Shown here: positions 10,408 through 19,636 of the stretch, piece by piece
Layout of the letters: each line of letters opens with the position of its first letter
How positions within the stretch are numbered: the stretch's first letter is position 1
From: Myxococcota bacterium
GTDB taxonomy: Bacteria > Myxococcota > UBA4151
DNA: 64,000 nt
Direction: 5' to 3'
Assembly: GCA_036338695.1 (NCBI GenBank)
Contig: JAYZBQ010000015.1
Location: 32,001-96,000 of the forward strand
The notes under the pieces: generated by a model
What the model was told of the DNA's origin: nothing
The model's database searches: none
The model's input: only the letters and a program-made list of their open reading frames with translations
Made by a program: the position numbers and the translations under genes

Positions 10408-12134
10408 GACGGACTCGCTTGCTTTTGCTCGGACCAAAGGCGGGCGTACAAGCCGTCGGCTCGGAGCAGCTCGTCGTGGGTCCCGCGCTCACAGATCGCG
10501 CCCTCGTCGAGGACGATGATCTCATCCGCTTCGACGACGGCCGAGAGTCGGGTCGAGATCACCACGGTGGTGCGCTGACGGCTTGCCGTCCGGAGGTGTT
10601 CAATGATCCGCCGCTCGGTCGCCACATCAACGGCGCTGAGGCAGTCGTCGAGGATCAGGATGCGCCCGGGGTGAAGCAGCGCGCGAGCGATCGCTGCGCG
10701 TTGACGTTGACCGCCGCTGAGCGTGATGCCGCGCTCGCCGACCTCCGTGGCGTAGCCGTCTGAGAAGGTCACGATGTCGTCGTGGAGCTCGGCGGTCTTC
10801 GCAGCCTCGATGATCTCCTCTTCGGTGGCCTCGAGGCGTCCTAAGGCGAGGTTCCGATCGAGTCGGTCGGTCAGTAAAAAGAGGTCCTGCGGTACCACGG
10901 CAATATGTTGTCGCAGATCGGCGAGCGGCCAGCGCTCCACCGGCTGTTGATCCAGCTGGACGGTCTCGTGAGGGGGGTCCTCGAGGCGAGTGATCAGACG
11001 CGCTAAGGTGGTTTTGCCGCTCGCCACGCGGCCGACGATACCCAGCATGCCGCCAGCGCTCAGGTTGAGGTCAATGTCCCGCAAGACAGGCGCCTCTGCG
11101 CCCTCATAGGTGAAGGTCAGTCCGCGGACGCTGACCGCGCCGTCTCGACGCTCGGGCGTCTGCGCATCCGGCGCGTCTTGGATCGCCGCCTCCAGCGTGA
11201 GGAGCTCATTGAGGCGGCCCCATGCTGCCCGACCGCGCGCAACGATGGCGATCACCCATCCGAGCGAGATGGTCGGTGCTGCCAGCAGGTGGAGGTAACC
11301 AGCGAAGGCGACGAACTCAGCGAGGCTCAGCTCGGCCTGGACCACCGCACGCCCCCCAAAAAGGAGCGCAAACATGGCGCCGATGCTGGTCACGGCGCCC
11401 ATCAGCGGGAACAGGAGGGCGCGCACCTTGGCGACCTGCCACCCCGAGTGGTGGACCGCCTCATTATGCTGGTCGAAGCGTTGACCGATCGGCGCCTCTT
11501 CGGCGTGGGCACGAATCAGCGCAACTCCGCTCACCGCCCCCTGCAGAAAGCGGGTCAGGCGACCTGTCTGCACCAGTTGGTGCTGGAATCGCTTGCCGAG
11601 CTGACGCGCCAGCCCGCTCAATACGAGCAGGACCAGGATGTAGGGTAGCAGCGTCACGAGGGTGAGCGATGGCGACAGACTCAGACAGGCAAACAGAGCC
11701 CCTGCGTAGCCGAACAGCGCGTTCATGACGCCCATCACCCCAGGACCGAGCAGCAGCCTGACCTGTCCGAGGTCCGTCGTCGCTCGGCTCATCACCTCGC
11801 CGACGGGGTAATCGCGGAAGAACTGGCGCGGCTGACCGAGGACTTGCGTAAAGATCCGTGCCCGCAGCCGGTATTCGACCCGGCGCCCCGGGTCGAAGAG
11901 GTAGATGCGGGACGCCACGCGAACGAACCCCAAGACCACCGCCAAGCCCATCAGCGCGAAGGCGTAGGGGACGGCGTCGAGCGGTCTGCGCTCGAGCGTC
12001 TCGACCGCCACCTTGAGCGTCCACGGCACGGCCAGCGAGAGCAGCGTGGAGACGAGCAGGAGAAAGCTTCCGAGCAGGTAGCTTGAGCGCTCGCGCAGCG
12101 CCTCGCTGATCAGCAATGGGCGTTGTTGGGTCAC
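10404..12134 (-). CDS. ABC exporter permease/ATPase half-transporter (MdlA/TmrB-like subunit)
   Basis: TM domain; GRVASGKTT; LSGGQRQR; degenerate Walker B ILILDDC; H-switch replaced (ISTR). Confidence 0.92.
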   Translation of the reverse strand: MTQQRPLLISEALRERSSYLLGSFLLLVSTLLSLAVPWTLKVAVETLERRPLDAVPYAFALMGLAVVLGFVRVASRIYLFDPGRRVEYRLRARIFTQVLGQPRQFFRDYPVGEVMSRATTDLGQVRLLLGPGVMGVMNALFGYAGALFACLSLSPSLTLVTLLPYILVLLVLSGLARQLGKRFQHQLVQTGRLTRFLQGAVSGVALIRAHAEEAPIGQRFDQHNEAVHHSGWQVAKVRALLFPLMGAVTSIGAMFALLFGGRAVVQAELSLAEFVAFAGYLHLLAAPTISLGWVIAIVARGRAAWGRLNELLTLEAAIQDAPDAQTPERRDGAVSVRGLTFTYEGAEAPVLRDIDLNLSAGGMLGIVGRVASGKTTLARLITRLEDPPHETVQLDQQPVERWPLADLRQHIAVVPQDLFLLTDRLDRNLALGRLEATEEEIIEAAKTAELHDDIVTFSDGYATEVGERGITLSGGQRQRAAIARALLHPGRILILDDCLSAVDVATERRIIEHLRTASRQRTTVVISTRLSAVVEADEIIVLDEGAICERGTHDELLRADGLYARLWSEQKQASPS

Positions 12135-13000
12135 GGCGTGTTCGCCGCAAGCTGAAAGGCGACCGGACCGCGGCGGACGACGAGGTCGCCTAAGGGGCCG
12201 AGCTCACCGTCGAGCTCGGACCGGAGCCCTTCACCCGAAATCCGGATCTCCTCACCGCAGCGATGTTCGCAAAGGGACAGGTGGATATGCTGACCTGCGT
12301 TGAGGCTGCGCGTGGCTTTGAGCGTGGCGAGGGTGCCTTCATCACGCACCGCGACCGCATGGAGCCGGTCGCTAAATGGGTCCGCTTGGGGCGTGATCAT
12401 TTTCCCGCCGCCGAAGAACCGTCCGCAGCCGACAGCCGTCAGGTAGCCTCGCCCTTGCATCAGCAGCTCGCCATCGACCGAGACGGTCATCGGCGTGGAC
12501 CGGTACGTTAGGATACCTTGAATCATTGCCACCGTGTAACCAAACGCTCCGAGCGACTTGAGGTAGCCCTCGACGGCGTGCGCAACCGCTGCGCTGACAC
12601 CGAGCGATGCCACATTGGTGAACGATTGCAAGCCGCCGGCGCCTTCGACTTGTCCAGGCCGAAACGGCCGCGTCGCACCCGACAGCGCCGTCGCCACCTG
12701 TTCTTCGAGCGAGTCTGCACCGAGTGAGCGCAGGAAGTCACTGCCCGTTCCCGTCGCGATAAACCCGACCTCTTGGTCGGGCGTTTGACCGTCGCCGAGC
12801 ACACGGCTGGCGAGATGGAAGGTGCCATCGCCGCCTGCAAAGATGAGACGCTCCGCTTGCCCTCTTAGGGAGCGGATGAGCTGGCTCGCCTCATCGATGT
12901 CGCCGGGAAGGTGCCACTCGATCGGCTGGTCAGCGAGAAGCCGCCGCAGCGGCTTGACGCCCTTGCCGGCGAATCGATTGGCGATGAGATGGATCGTCAC
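12131..13000 (-). CDS. Diacylglycerol/lipid kinase family protein (YegS/DgkB-like)
   Basis: N..AG, AGGDGT, GTGSDF, FFGGG and ELDGE motifs. Confidence 0.88.
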   Translation of the reverse strand: MTIHLIANRFAGKGVKPLRRLLADQPIEWHLPGDIDEASQLIRSLRGQAERLIFAGGDGTFHLASRVLGDGQTPDQEVGFIATGTGSDFLRSLGADSLEEQVATALSGATRPFRPGQVEGAGGLQSFTNVASLGVSAAVAHAVEGYLKSLGAFGYTVAMIQGILTYRSTPMTVSVDGELLMQGRGYLTAVGCGRFFGGGKMITPQADPFSDRLHAVAVRDEGTLATLKATRSLNAGQHIHLSLCEHRCGEEIRISGEGLRSELDGELGPLGDLVVRRGPVAFQLAANTP

Positions 13001-13072
13001 CGATGACTCCTAGCAACCGCTCTCGATTTTTGCCATGCACCGCTTTGGTGTGACCGTAAAAGGGGGCAGCGC

Positions 13073-13369
13073 ATGATTACCGAAGATCCCGTCTACTTTT
13101 GCCACGCGTGCAACGGCGAGCTCGAGCTTGAAGGGCGCGTTGGGTTTCGCGAAGCGTGTCATCACTGTGAAGCCGACGTCCACTGCTGCTTGAACTGCGA
13201 GCATTACGACACCGGCGCCCACAACAACTGCCGTGAGCCCACGTCGGAGTACATCCCCGATCGCCAGGCGAGAAACTTTTGCGGACACTTCAAGATGCTC
13301 TCCGGTGCCCGCGAGGGGGACGAGGCAAAAGAGGCGGCGATGAGCGCGCTCGAGGCCCTGTTCAAGTAG
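13073..13369 (+). CDS. Small Cys/His-rich putative metal-binding protein
   Basis: CHAC, CHHC, HCCLNCEHY, CRE and NFCGHF; AGGGGG RBS; divergent from the lipid kinase gene. Confidence 0.75.
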   Translation: MITEDPVYFCHACNGELELEGRVGFREACHHCEADVHCCLNCEHYDTGAHNNCREPTSEYIPDRQARNFCGHFKMLSGAREGDEAKEAAMSALEALFK

Positions 13370-13373
13370 CCCT

Positions 13374-14171
13374 TTAGCGAAGCTTGCTGACGCGGCCTGG
13401 GCCGTCCTTGCTCCAGGCTTGTCGACGCACCTGGTCGTCGATGTACTCGAGCATCTGCCAGTTGCCTTTAGGGCCACCCACAGAACCTGCGCAGTATTGG
13501 AGGAGGCCGCCTGCGCGCGCCGTGAAGCTCCGGTGCAGGTGGCCGCAGCACCAGACGGTGCCGGGGCCGTCGCGAAGGCGCGTTCGGACGGACTCTTCAT
13601 CTCGAAGCGCGTGCCACTTTTTGTCGGGCTCGGCGCGATGATCGATCACGGCGTAATGGGCAAAAACCCAGCGCGGCGGTCGGTTGGGCACCTCGATCTT
13701 TCGGCCGCGAGAGTCCCAGATCATACGGTTTGCCCGAGCTGTGTCCACGAAGTCGACCACCTGGTCGCCGATCGTTATCTGCTCCCACGGGGACGCCAGC
13801 AGGCGCCAGTCCGCAAAGGCTTCTTCGAAGCGGCGCGCACGCTGAGCGGTGTGGGTGTAACGGTCATGGTTTCCTGGCAGCGCAATACAGGGGACACCGA
13901 GGGTCAATAGGGGGGCGAGCACGTCGCGTGCTCGCTCGAACTCTTCGACCTCGCTCAAGCTGGTGGCGTCTCCACCAAAAACGACCGCGTCGGGCTGAGC
14001 GCCGATGATCTGCTCGACGGCGTGGCGTCCGCGCTCTTCGGCTTGGCGATAGCGTTCACCCCGCCCGAGAAACCGGAGGTTGATCGATCCACTGAGCCGG
14101 CGGTCGAAGAGTCCGCCAAGCGAGGGCGGGAGCTTGGTGATGTGTAAGTCCGATAGGTGAGCGATTCTCAT
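13374..14171 (-). CDS. Calcineurin-like metallophosphoesterase
   Basis: SDLH, GGD, PGNHD, AHY and CGHLH motifs; likely start MRIAHLSD at 14171. Confidence 0.88.
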   Translation of the reverse strand: MRIAHLSDLHITKLPPSLGGLFDRRLSGSINLRFLGRGERYRQAEERGRHAVEQIIGAQPDAVVFGGDATSLSEVEEFERARDVLAPLLTLGVPCIALPGNHDRYTHTAQRARRFEEAFADWRLLASPWEQITIGDQVVDFVDTARANRMIWDSRGRKIEVPNRPPRWVFAHYAVIDHRAEPDKKWHALRDEESVRTRLRDGPGTVWCCGHLHRSFTARAGGLLQYCAGSVGGPKGNWQMLEYIDDQVRRQAWSKDGPGRVSKLR

Positions 14172-14257
14172 GGGCTTCCGATGAACGACCGATACGCGAC
14201 GTTGCAGGTCGCAACGTATAAACAATCACCATGAGGGTCTATCGGTTTGGGCACAAA

Positions 14258-16297
14258 ATGATTCGTCATCGCATGATCGGCTGGAACGCTTGCTTCGCCG
14301 CGGCGTGGATCGTGGCGCTTACCGCCTGCTCGGCAGAGGTGCCGGAGAACACATTCGACGCAGGCCCCACTTACTGGAGCTTGGCGCTGACTCACGACTC
14401 CGAGCTGACGGGTGATCTGGGAGAGCGCGTGATGCTCCAGGTCTTTTATTCCAACAGTCAGGTGGGCAGCCTCGAGGGCGAGAACGTGCGCTTCGAGGTC
14501 GTCGGCTCGGCGCAAGGGGCGAGCCTGTCATCCAATGACCAGCTGACGGACGCCCAAGGGTTTGCCGCCGTGACGCTTCAGCTCCCGCTCGAGGCGACGG
14601 TGCAGCCCGTCCAGGTCTCGATCTCCGCCGCCAAGGTGGAGCCGTTGGTCGTCCAGGTCAGCGCACGTCAACCGCGCCTGACCGTGGTGCCTGTCGGGCC
14701 GACGGAGCGAGAGCTGCGCACCGAGCTCGGGGTGGCGACCCAGGTGCTGGTGCGGCGTGAAGGCGGCGGCCCAGTAGAGGGCATCGCCGTGGAGTTTGCT
14801 ATTCGTGACGCAGACAACGGCTTGCCCGCAGGGCAGGGTGTCGGCGCACCGGGTGTCTCGGAGTCGGTCGTGGTCACCGGACCGAGCGGGCTGGCGCGCG
14901 TCAACGTCTTCACGGGCTCGGTCGAGGGTGACCTGCGCCTCGCGGTGGAGGCACAGGGCGTGGGTGTCGTCAGCTACTTGTATCACATCACGACGCGCGG
15001 CGGCGGTGAGGCAGGGTGTCGGTTGGACAGCGACTGCGGTGACGGCTTTGTGTGCGAGCGTCAGGGGGAAGGGGACGACGCCGTCTACGCTTGCGTCCCG
15101 GAAGGGGAGGCTGGCTGCGACCCGAACAACCCGGCGCCAGGTCAGTGCCCTCAAGGCTACGTCTGCGACATCACCGGCGAGTGTATCCCGGGTGGGGCGG
15201 TCGGCTGTATTCAGGCGGGTTGCGCCGGAGGACAGATCTGTATCGGTAACGTTTGCGTCGATCCGTGCAGTGACAACGACGATTGCCCGAACGGACAGGA
15301 GTGTGTGGATGATATCTGCCAAGAGCCCGTCGCGCCCCCAGACCTGGTGCGCATCGAGGGGTTCTGGGAGACACGGTATCAACTCGACCTAAGCGAAGTA
15401 CTCGGGCCGATCGGCGACCTCGGCGCGCCCATCGATTTTCTCGATCAAGCCTTTCGCGGTAACCTCGAGATCCCGATCCCGATCATTGGCGACGTGATCG
15501 AAGACGCCGTATCGGATCTGATCGCCGCTTACGTTCCACCGTGGGTGGCGGACCTCGTGAGTGGCCTCAATAGCGTCGTGCACATTTTTCAGTCCATGCA
15601 GGTCGCCGGCCGAATGGAGGCGCGGCATCGCGTCAACCCACTGCACGTTCGAGCGACGGAGATCTGGGACCGAGCGATTGTGCAGCTGATCGATCGCTGC
15701 CCACGCGGGCGGCAGGATCCCAACTACCCTGGCTGCGCCGAGGTCGATATCCTCCTCGACCGTCAGCTCGGAGACTTCGGCCGCATCGAGACCGATGTCC
15801 CACCGTTCTCCGGGCGGGTGTATCTGGATCGGCAACAAGAGTGGAACGTCGTCTTCGATCGCGAGGTCCACATGGATCTGGTGGGGCTCGTTCGCTACGT
15901 GGTTAATCTGATCGTCAGCATCTCCACGAACGGGCGCTTCAACAACGTACCCGATGCGCTGGCGGCGGCTATCGATTGCCAAGGGATTCAGCGCGCAGCC
16001 GACCGCGCCGCCTGCGATCTCTCGGGTGGGCGGATCTGCCAGGTTCCGGGCGTTGAGCAGACCTGCCGGCAGGCGGCGCAGCAGGCGGGCGTGATGATCG
16101 ATCAGCAGCTCGGACAGCTGGGGCTGGCGTGGACGGCGATGGACTTTGAGCAAGATGCGCCCATTCATGACGATGACAACGACCTGCTCGGTGATGAGCT
16201 CGGCCGTTGGCCGGCGCCGGCTGGGACCATCGATGGTGACTTCAGGCTGGTCGTCGATCGCCCGCTTGAGGGGTTGTGGAACGGTCAGCGGCCCTAG
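14258..16297 (+). CDS. Lipoprotein: Ig-like (Big) domains + Cys-rich repeats + unknown C-terminal domain
   Basis: Lipobox LTAC; invasin-like TDAQGFAAVTL and TGPSGLARV; C..D.DC..G..C repeats. Start uncertain (14231, 14258 or 14273). Confidence 0.75.
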   Translation: MIRHRMIGWNACFAAAWIVALTACSAEVPENTFDAGPTYWSLALTHDSELTGDLGERVMLQVFYSNSQVGSLEGENVRFEVVGSAQGASLSSNDQLTDAQGFAAVTLQLPLEATVQPVQVSISAAKVEPLVVQVSARQPRLTVVPVGPTERELRTELGVATQVLVRREGGGPVEGIAVEFAIRDADNGLPAGQGVGAPGVSESVVVTGPSGLARVNVFTGSVEGDLRLAVEAQGVGVVSYLYHITTRGGGEAGCRLDSDCGDGFVCERQGEGDDAVYACVPEGEAGCDPNNPAPGQCPQGYVCDITGECIPGGAVGCIQAGCAGGQICIGNVCVDPCSDNDDCPNGQECVDDICQEPVAPPDLVRIEGFWETRYQLDLSEVLGPIGDLGAPIDFLDQAFRGNLEIPIPIIGDVIEDAVSDLIAAYVPPWVADLVSGLNSVVHIFQSMQVAGRMEARHRVNPLHVRATEIWDRAIVQLIDRCPRGRQDPNYPGCAEVDILLDRQLGDFGRIETDVPPFSGRVYLDRQQEWNVVFDREVHMDLVGLVRYVVNLIVSISTNGRFNNVPDALAAAIDCQGIQRAADRAACDLSGGRICQVPGVEQTCRQAAQQAGVMIDQQLGQLGLAWTAMDFEQDAPIHDDDNDLLGDELGRWPAPAGTIDGDFRLVVDRPLEGLWNGQRP

Positions 16298-16445
16298 GCT
16301 GAATTAGGTGCTTACGTTTGCGTACTCGGGTTTTTGCGCTAAACATCCACCCGAATTGCCTTGACGATGGTCCTGTTTAGCGAGCAAGGCGACCGCCGAC
16401 TGCGCTGCTTGCGCTTTGACTTAGAAACCCGTTGGAGAACTTTCC

Positions 16446-18470
16446 ATGCAACGAAGTTCGCTTTCTCGTATCGTCGCGGTTGCGGCTTGTTCCTTTATCC
16501 TTGTGGCGTGTGGTGGCAGCCCGGCTGAGCCGACCGCTGACGCGGGGAGCGTCGTGACCGACACCGGCAATGACACGGCGGAGTGTCGCCGCAGCCGTGA
16601 CTGCGAAGCGGATGAGCTGTGCCGTGATGGTGAGTGTGTGCCGCGCCAGACGACCTGTCAGGACGACACGGACTGCCAGCAAGGTCAGGTCTGCCGTGAC
16701 GAAGCGTGCGTCCAAGATACGCGGACGGCGTGTCAGGCGCACCGTGACTGCGCCAACGCAGGCGAGCTGTGCATCGTCAACGCGCAGCTTGGCTCAGGTT
16801 ACTGCGAGCGGATCACCGACCAGTCCTGCCAAGAAGACGGCGACTGCTACTTCGGTGCAAACGGTGGTGCGTTGCGCGGTGTGTGTGAAGAGGGCGTCTG
16901 TAAGGGCGACCAGTTCTTCGACTGTGCTATCGCCAACGACTGCTCCTCGACGCTCAACTGCACGCCGCTCAACAACGGCAGCATGTGCTTGCGTCCTTGC
17001 GTCAGCAACGAGGTCTGCGACCGCACCCACGAGTGCAACCCGAACCTCAACCACTGCTGGTACAACCTCTGCGGCCGCAGCTCGGAGCTGCCGGAGTCCT
17101 TTAGTAACGTGAACAACGGTCGCCTCGGCGGAGCCTGCCGTGCAGACGCCCCGGCGGCGCCTGCGCCGACCAACTGCGTCCAGGACTCGGACTGCGCCAA
17201 CCTTGGGCAGTCGGCTCGATGCAACACCGAGTTCGCAGCCTGTGAGGTCATCTGTGATGGCGACAACTCGGTCTGCGGCACGGAAGCGTCGCGTGACTGG
17301 TACTACTGTGCAGCTAACGAAGACCCGAGCCCGCAGAACCAAGCCTGTGGCGTCGGTCCGGCTTGTGACGCGGACAACCCGTGCAGCACGGGCGTTGCGT
17401 GTGACCAAGCGAACACCTGTGAGACGGGTCAGCCTTGTGGTCGAGATAGCCACTGCGTGGGCTTCAACGACGGTGAAACCTGCGTCGCAGGTCAATGCCG
17501 CAGCGCCGCGCTCTGCAACGGCGGTGAGTGTGTGGATCCGAACCTCTGCCTCGAAGGCGGCACCTGCCCGGTCGAAGCCTGCCCTGAAGGCTTCGGCTGC
17601 GTGAACGACGTCTGCGTCGACACCTGCCTGACCGACGACCAATGCACCAACGCAGGCGATCGCTGCACCGGCACCCTCGAGCCCGCTCCGCTTGGCGAAG
17701 CGTGCGACGACAACAACGCCTGTGAAGGGGGCGCACAATGCACCAACGGTCGCTGCCCCCTCCCGGTCGGCACCGAGACCGGCACCTGTGAGCCGATCTC
17801 CGGCACCTGTGAGGTCATGGCGGGCGACGGGCACTGCATCGAGGTCAACGCAGGCTCGAGCGGCTACGTCGGCCTCTGCCTCGCCGGCGGTCAAGTGCCG
17901 GAAGGCGGCGCCTGTAAGCTCGACGCTGAGCGCAACGAGAAGTCGATGCTCTGCGGTAACGGTGCGCTCTGCGCCGTGGCGAGCGACGACAACCCGACCA
18001 TGGGCACCTGTCACCAGGGCTGCAGCCCGAACCGTGACGACATCAACGGCACGGTGCGCTGCGCCGAAGGTCAGGTCTGCAGCTTGGCTGGTGGCTACGC
18101 CTGTCTGGACCAGAGCAACATCTGCGACCCGGCTCAGCGTGACAACAGCCAAGGGCGTGATGGCTACCCGGCGACCTGTGGTGCCAACACCAAGTGCGGT
18201 TTCTTCGGCTGGGAAGAAGACACCGGCTACTGCGTCGGTTACAACCAAGAGCTTCCTCGCAAAGCCTTTGGTGAAGAGTGCGAAGAGACCTCGCAGTGCG
18301 CCTCGGGCGCTGTCTGTCTCCAGCTCACCGGGCAGCCGCAGATCTGCCACCCGCTGTGCCGCAACGACAACTCGATCACCTGTGACGGTGGTCTGACCTG
18401 TCGCTCGTTGGCGTCGCTGTCGGGCAACTCGATTCAAGGGCCGTACGGTCTTTGCCTCGCAGGTGGCTGA
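16446..18470 (+). CDS. Highly Cys-rich lipoprotein
   Basis: GGAGAA RBS; lipobox LVAC; Cys every few residues over the whole length. Confidence 0.85.
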   Translation: MQRSSLSRIVAVAACSFILVACGGSPAEPTADAGSVVTDTGNDTAECRRSRDCEADELCRDGECVPRQTTCQDDTDCQQGQVCRDEACVQDTRTACQAHRDCANAGELCIVNAQLGSGYCERITDQSCQEDGDCYFGANGGALRGVCEEGVCKGDQFFDCAIANDCSSTLNCTPLNNGSMCLRPCVSNEVCDRTHECNPNLNHCWYNLCGRSSELPESFSNVNNGRLGGACRADAPAAPAPTNCVQDSDCANLGQSARCNTEFAACEVICDGDNSVCGTEASRDWYYCAANEDPSPQNQACGVGPACDADNPCSTGVACDQANTCETGQPCGRDSHCVGFNDGETCVAGQCRSAALCNGGECVDPNLCLEGGTCPVEACPEGFGCVNDVCVDTCLTDDQCTNAGDRCTGTLEPAPLGEACDDNNACEGGAQCTNGRCPLPVGTETGTCEPISGTCEVMAGDGHCIEVNAGSSGYVGLCLAGGQVPEGGACKLDAERNEKSMLCGNGALCAVASDDNPTMGTCHQGCSPNRDDINGTVRCAEGQVCSLAGGYACLDQSNICDPAQRDNSQGRDGYPATCGANTKCGFFGWEEDTGYCVGYNQELPRKAFGEECEETSQCASGAVCLQLTGQPQICHPLCRNDNSITCDGGLTCRSLASLSGNSIQGPYGLCLAGG

Positions 18471-18530
18471 TCGCATCCTCTAGATGCCGTAGGACGGCCG
18501 CCCGTTAGTACGCTAAAGGGCTGCCGTTCC

Positions 18531-18566
18531 GAAGAGCCTCGCTTCGGCGGGGCTCTTCTCATTTTT
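18531..18566 (+). terminator. Intrinsic terminator-like hairpin
   Basis: GAAGAGCCTCGC-TTCG-GCGGGGCTCTTC (12 bp stem with one G-U, cUUCGg loop) followed by TCATTTTT. Confidence 0.75.
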
Positions 18567-18578
18567 GACGCAAAGGAT

Positions 18579-19538
18579 ATGAAAATGCGCTTACTCTTAA
18601 CCTTGATGTGTTTGTGTTTGTCGGTAGCTTGTGCTGCGCCGACGACCAATGGTGGTGGCAGCAGCCGCGCCGATGCGGGGACCTCCGCTGACGCCGGTCT
18701 CGAGTGCACCCGCAGCAGCGACTGCGAAGACGGCTATCGCTGCGTGAGCAACGCATGCGAAGCGATCGACCAAGGCTGCGCCGAGGATCGCGACTGCATG
18801 ATCGGTGAGCGCTGCGACAGCGGCGAATGTGTTGAAGCCGGCGGCGGTAATGGCTGCCAGACCGACGCCGACTGCGCTCAGCAAGGTCAGATCTGTGACA
18901 GCGGCACCTGTAAGTCGGGCGCCTACGGCGAGTGCACAACCGATGAAGACTGCGCCTCGGGCACGGGCTGCCTGCTCCAGACCCAAGACGGTCGGCGCTT
19001 CTGCGGAACGCTGTGTCAGTCGAGTGATCAGTGCAACAACCACGAATCCTGTCAGCAGGCGACGGTCTGTGCGCCGAACGCTTGCCAAGCGCCTGGCGAG
19101 ACCTGCGACGCGCACGGCACCGGGGACGGGCGATGCGTCAATCTTGGTCAGAACGCCTTCTGCATCAAAGGGGCGAACAACGGCGCCGGGTGTGAGCCCT
19201 TTGGTGAGCCTGAGTGTGAAGCGGGCACGTCGTGTCAGCCGCTGTCGATGACCGCCGGAGATACCTACTGCGCTCGAACCAACGGTCTTGAGCCGCTGGC
19301 CGCCTGTGAGAACGGCATCGGCGCAGGGGTCGCCCCGTTCGCGGGCGATGACTGCGCACAGGGTAGCTTCTGCTTGGCTTTGCAGCAGGGAACGACTTGT
19401 GTTCCGTACTGCCGTGTGGGGCAGAATGACGACTGCCCAACCATCCAAGACACGGTCTTGAACTGCGTGGCACTGTCGCAGATTGACCAGTCTTTTGCGA
19501 ACTCGCCGTGGGGCATCTGTCAGCCGCCGCAGCAGTAA
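18579..19538 (+). CDS. Cys-rich lipoprotein, compact paralogue of 16446..18470
   Basis: AAAGGA RBS; lipobox SVAC; Cys spacing and C-terminal C.P.CR...P(W/Y)G.C shared with the upstream gene. Confidence 0.85.
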   Translation: MKMRLLLTLMCLCLSVACAAPTTNGGGSSRADAGTSADAGLECTRSSDCEDGYRCVSNACEAIDQGCAEDRDCMIGERCDSGECVEAGGGNGCQTDADCAQQGQICDSGTCKSGAYGECTTDEDCASGTGCLLQTQDGRRFCGTLCQSSDQCNNHESCQQATVCAPNACQAPGETCDAHGTGDGRCVNLGQNAFCIKGANNGAGCEPFGEPECEAGTSCQPLSMTAGDTYCARTNGLEPLAACENGIGAGVAPFAGDDCAQGSFCLALQQGTTCVPYCRVGQNDDCPTIQDTVLNCVALSQIDQSFANSPWGICQPPQQ

Positions 19539-19563
19539 ACAAGAGATCACCTGATCTTCAAGC

Positions 19564-19598
19564 GAAGCCTCCGGGAGACCGGAGGCTTTGTCGTTTTT
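19564..19598 (+). terminator. Intrinsic terminator
   Basis: AAGCCTCCGG-GAGA-CCGGAGGCTT (perfect 10 bp stem, GNRA loop) then TGTCGTTTTT. Confidence 0.85.
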
Positions 19599-19636
19599 CG
19601 CTGGAAAATTATCCGTTCAAGTGCACTAGGAAACCT

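Noticed and set aside
16794..18476. Long antisense ORFs (also 1023..2552, 33268..35529, 49040..50557 and others)
   Set aside because: Shadow frames of GC-rich coding genes; no motifs, RBS or signal peptides
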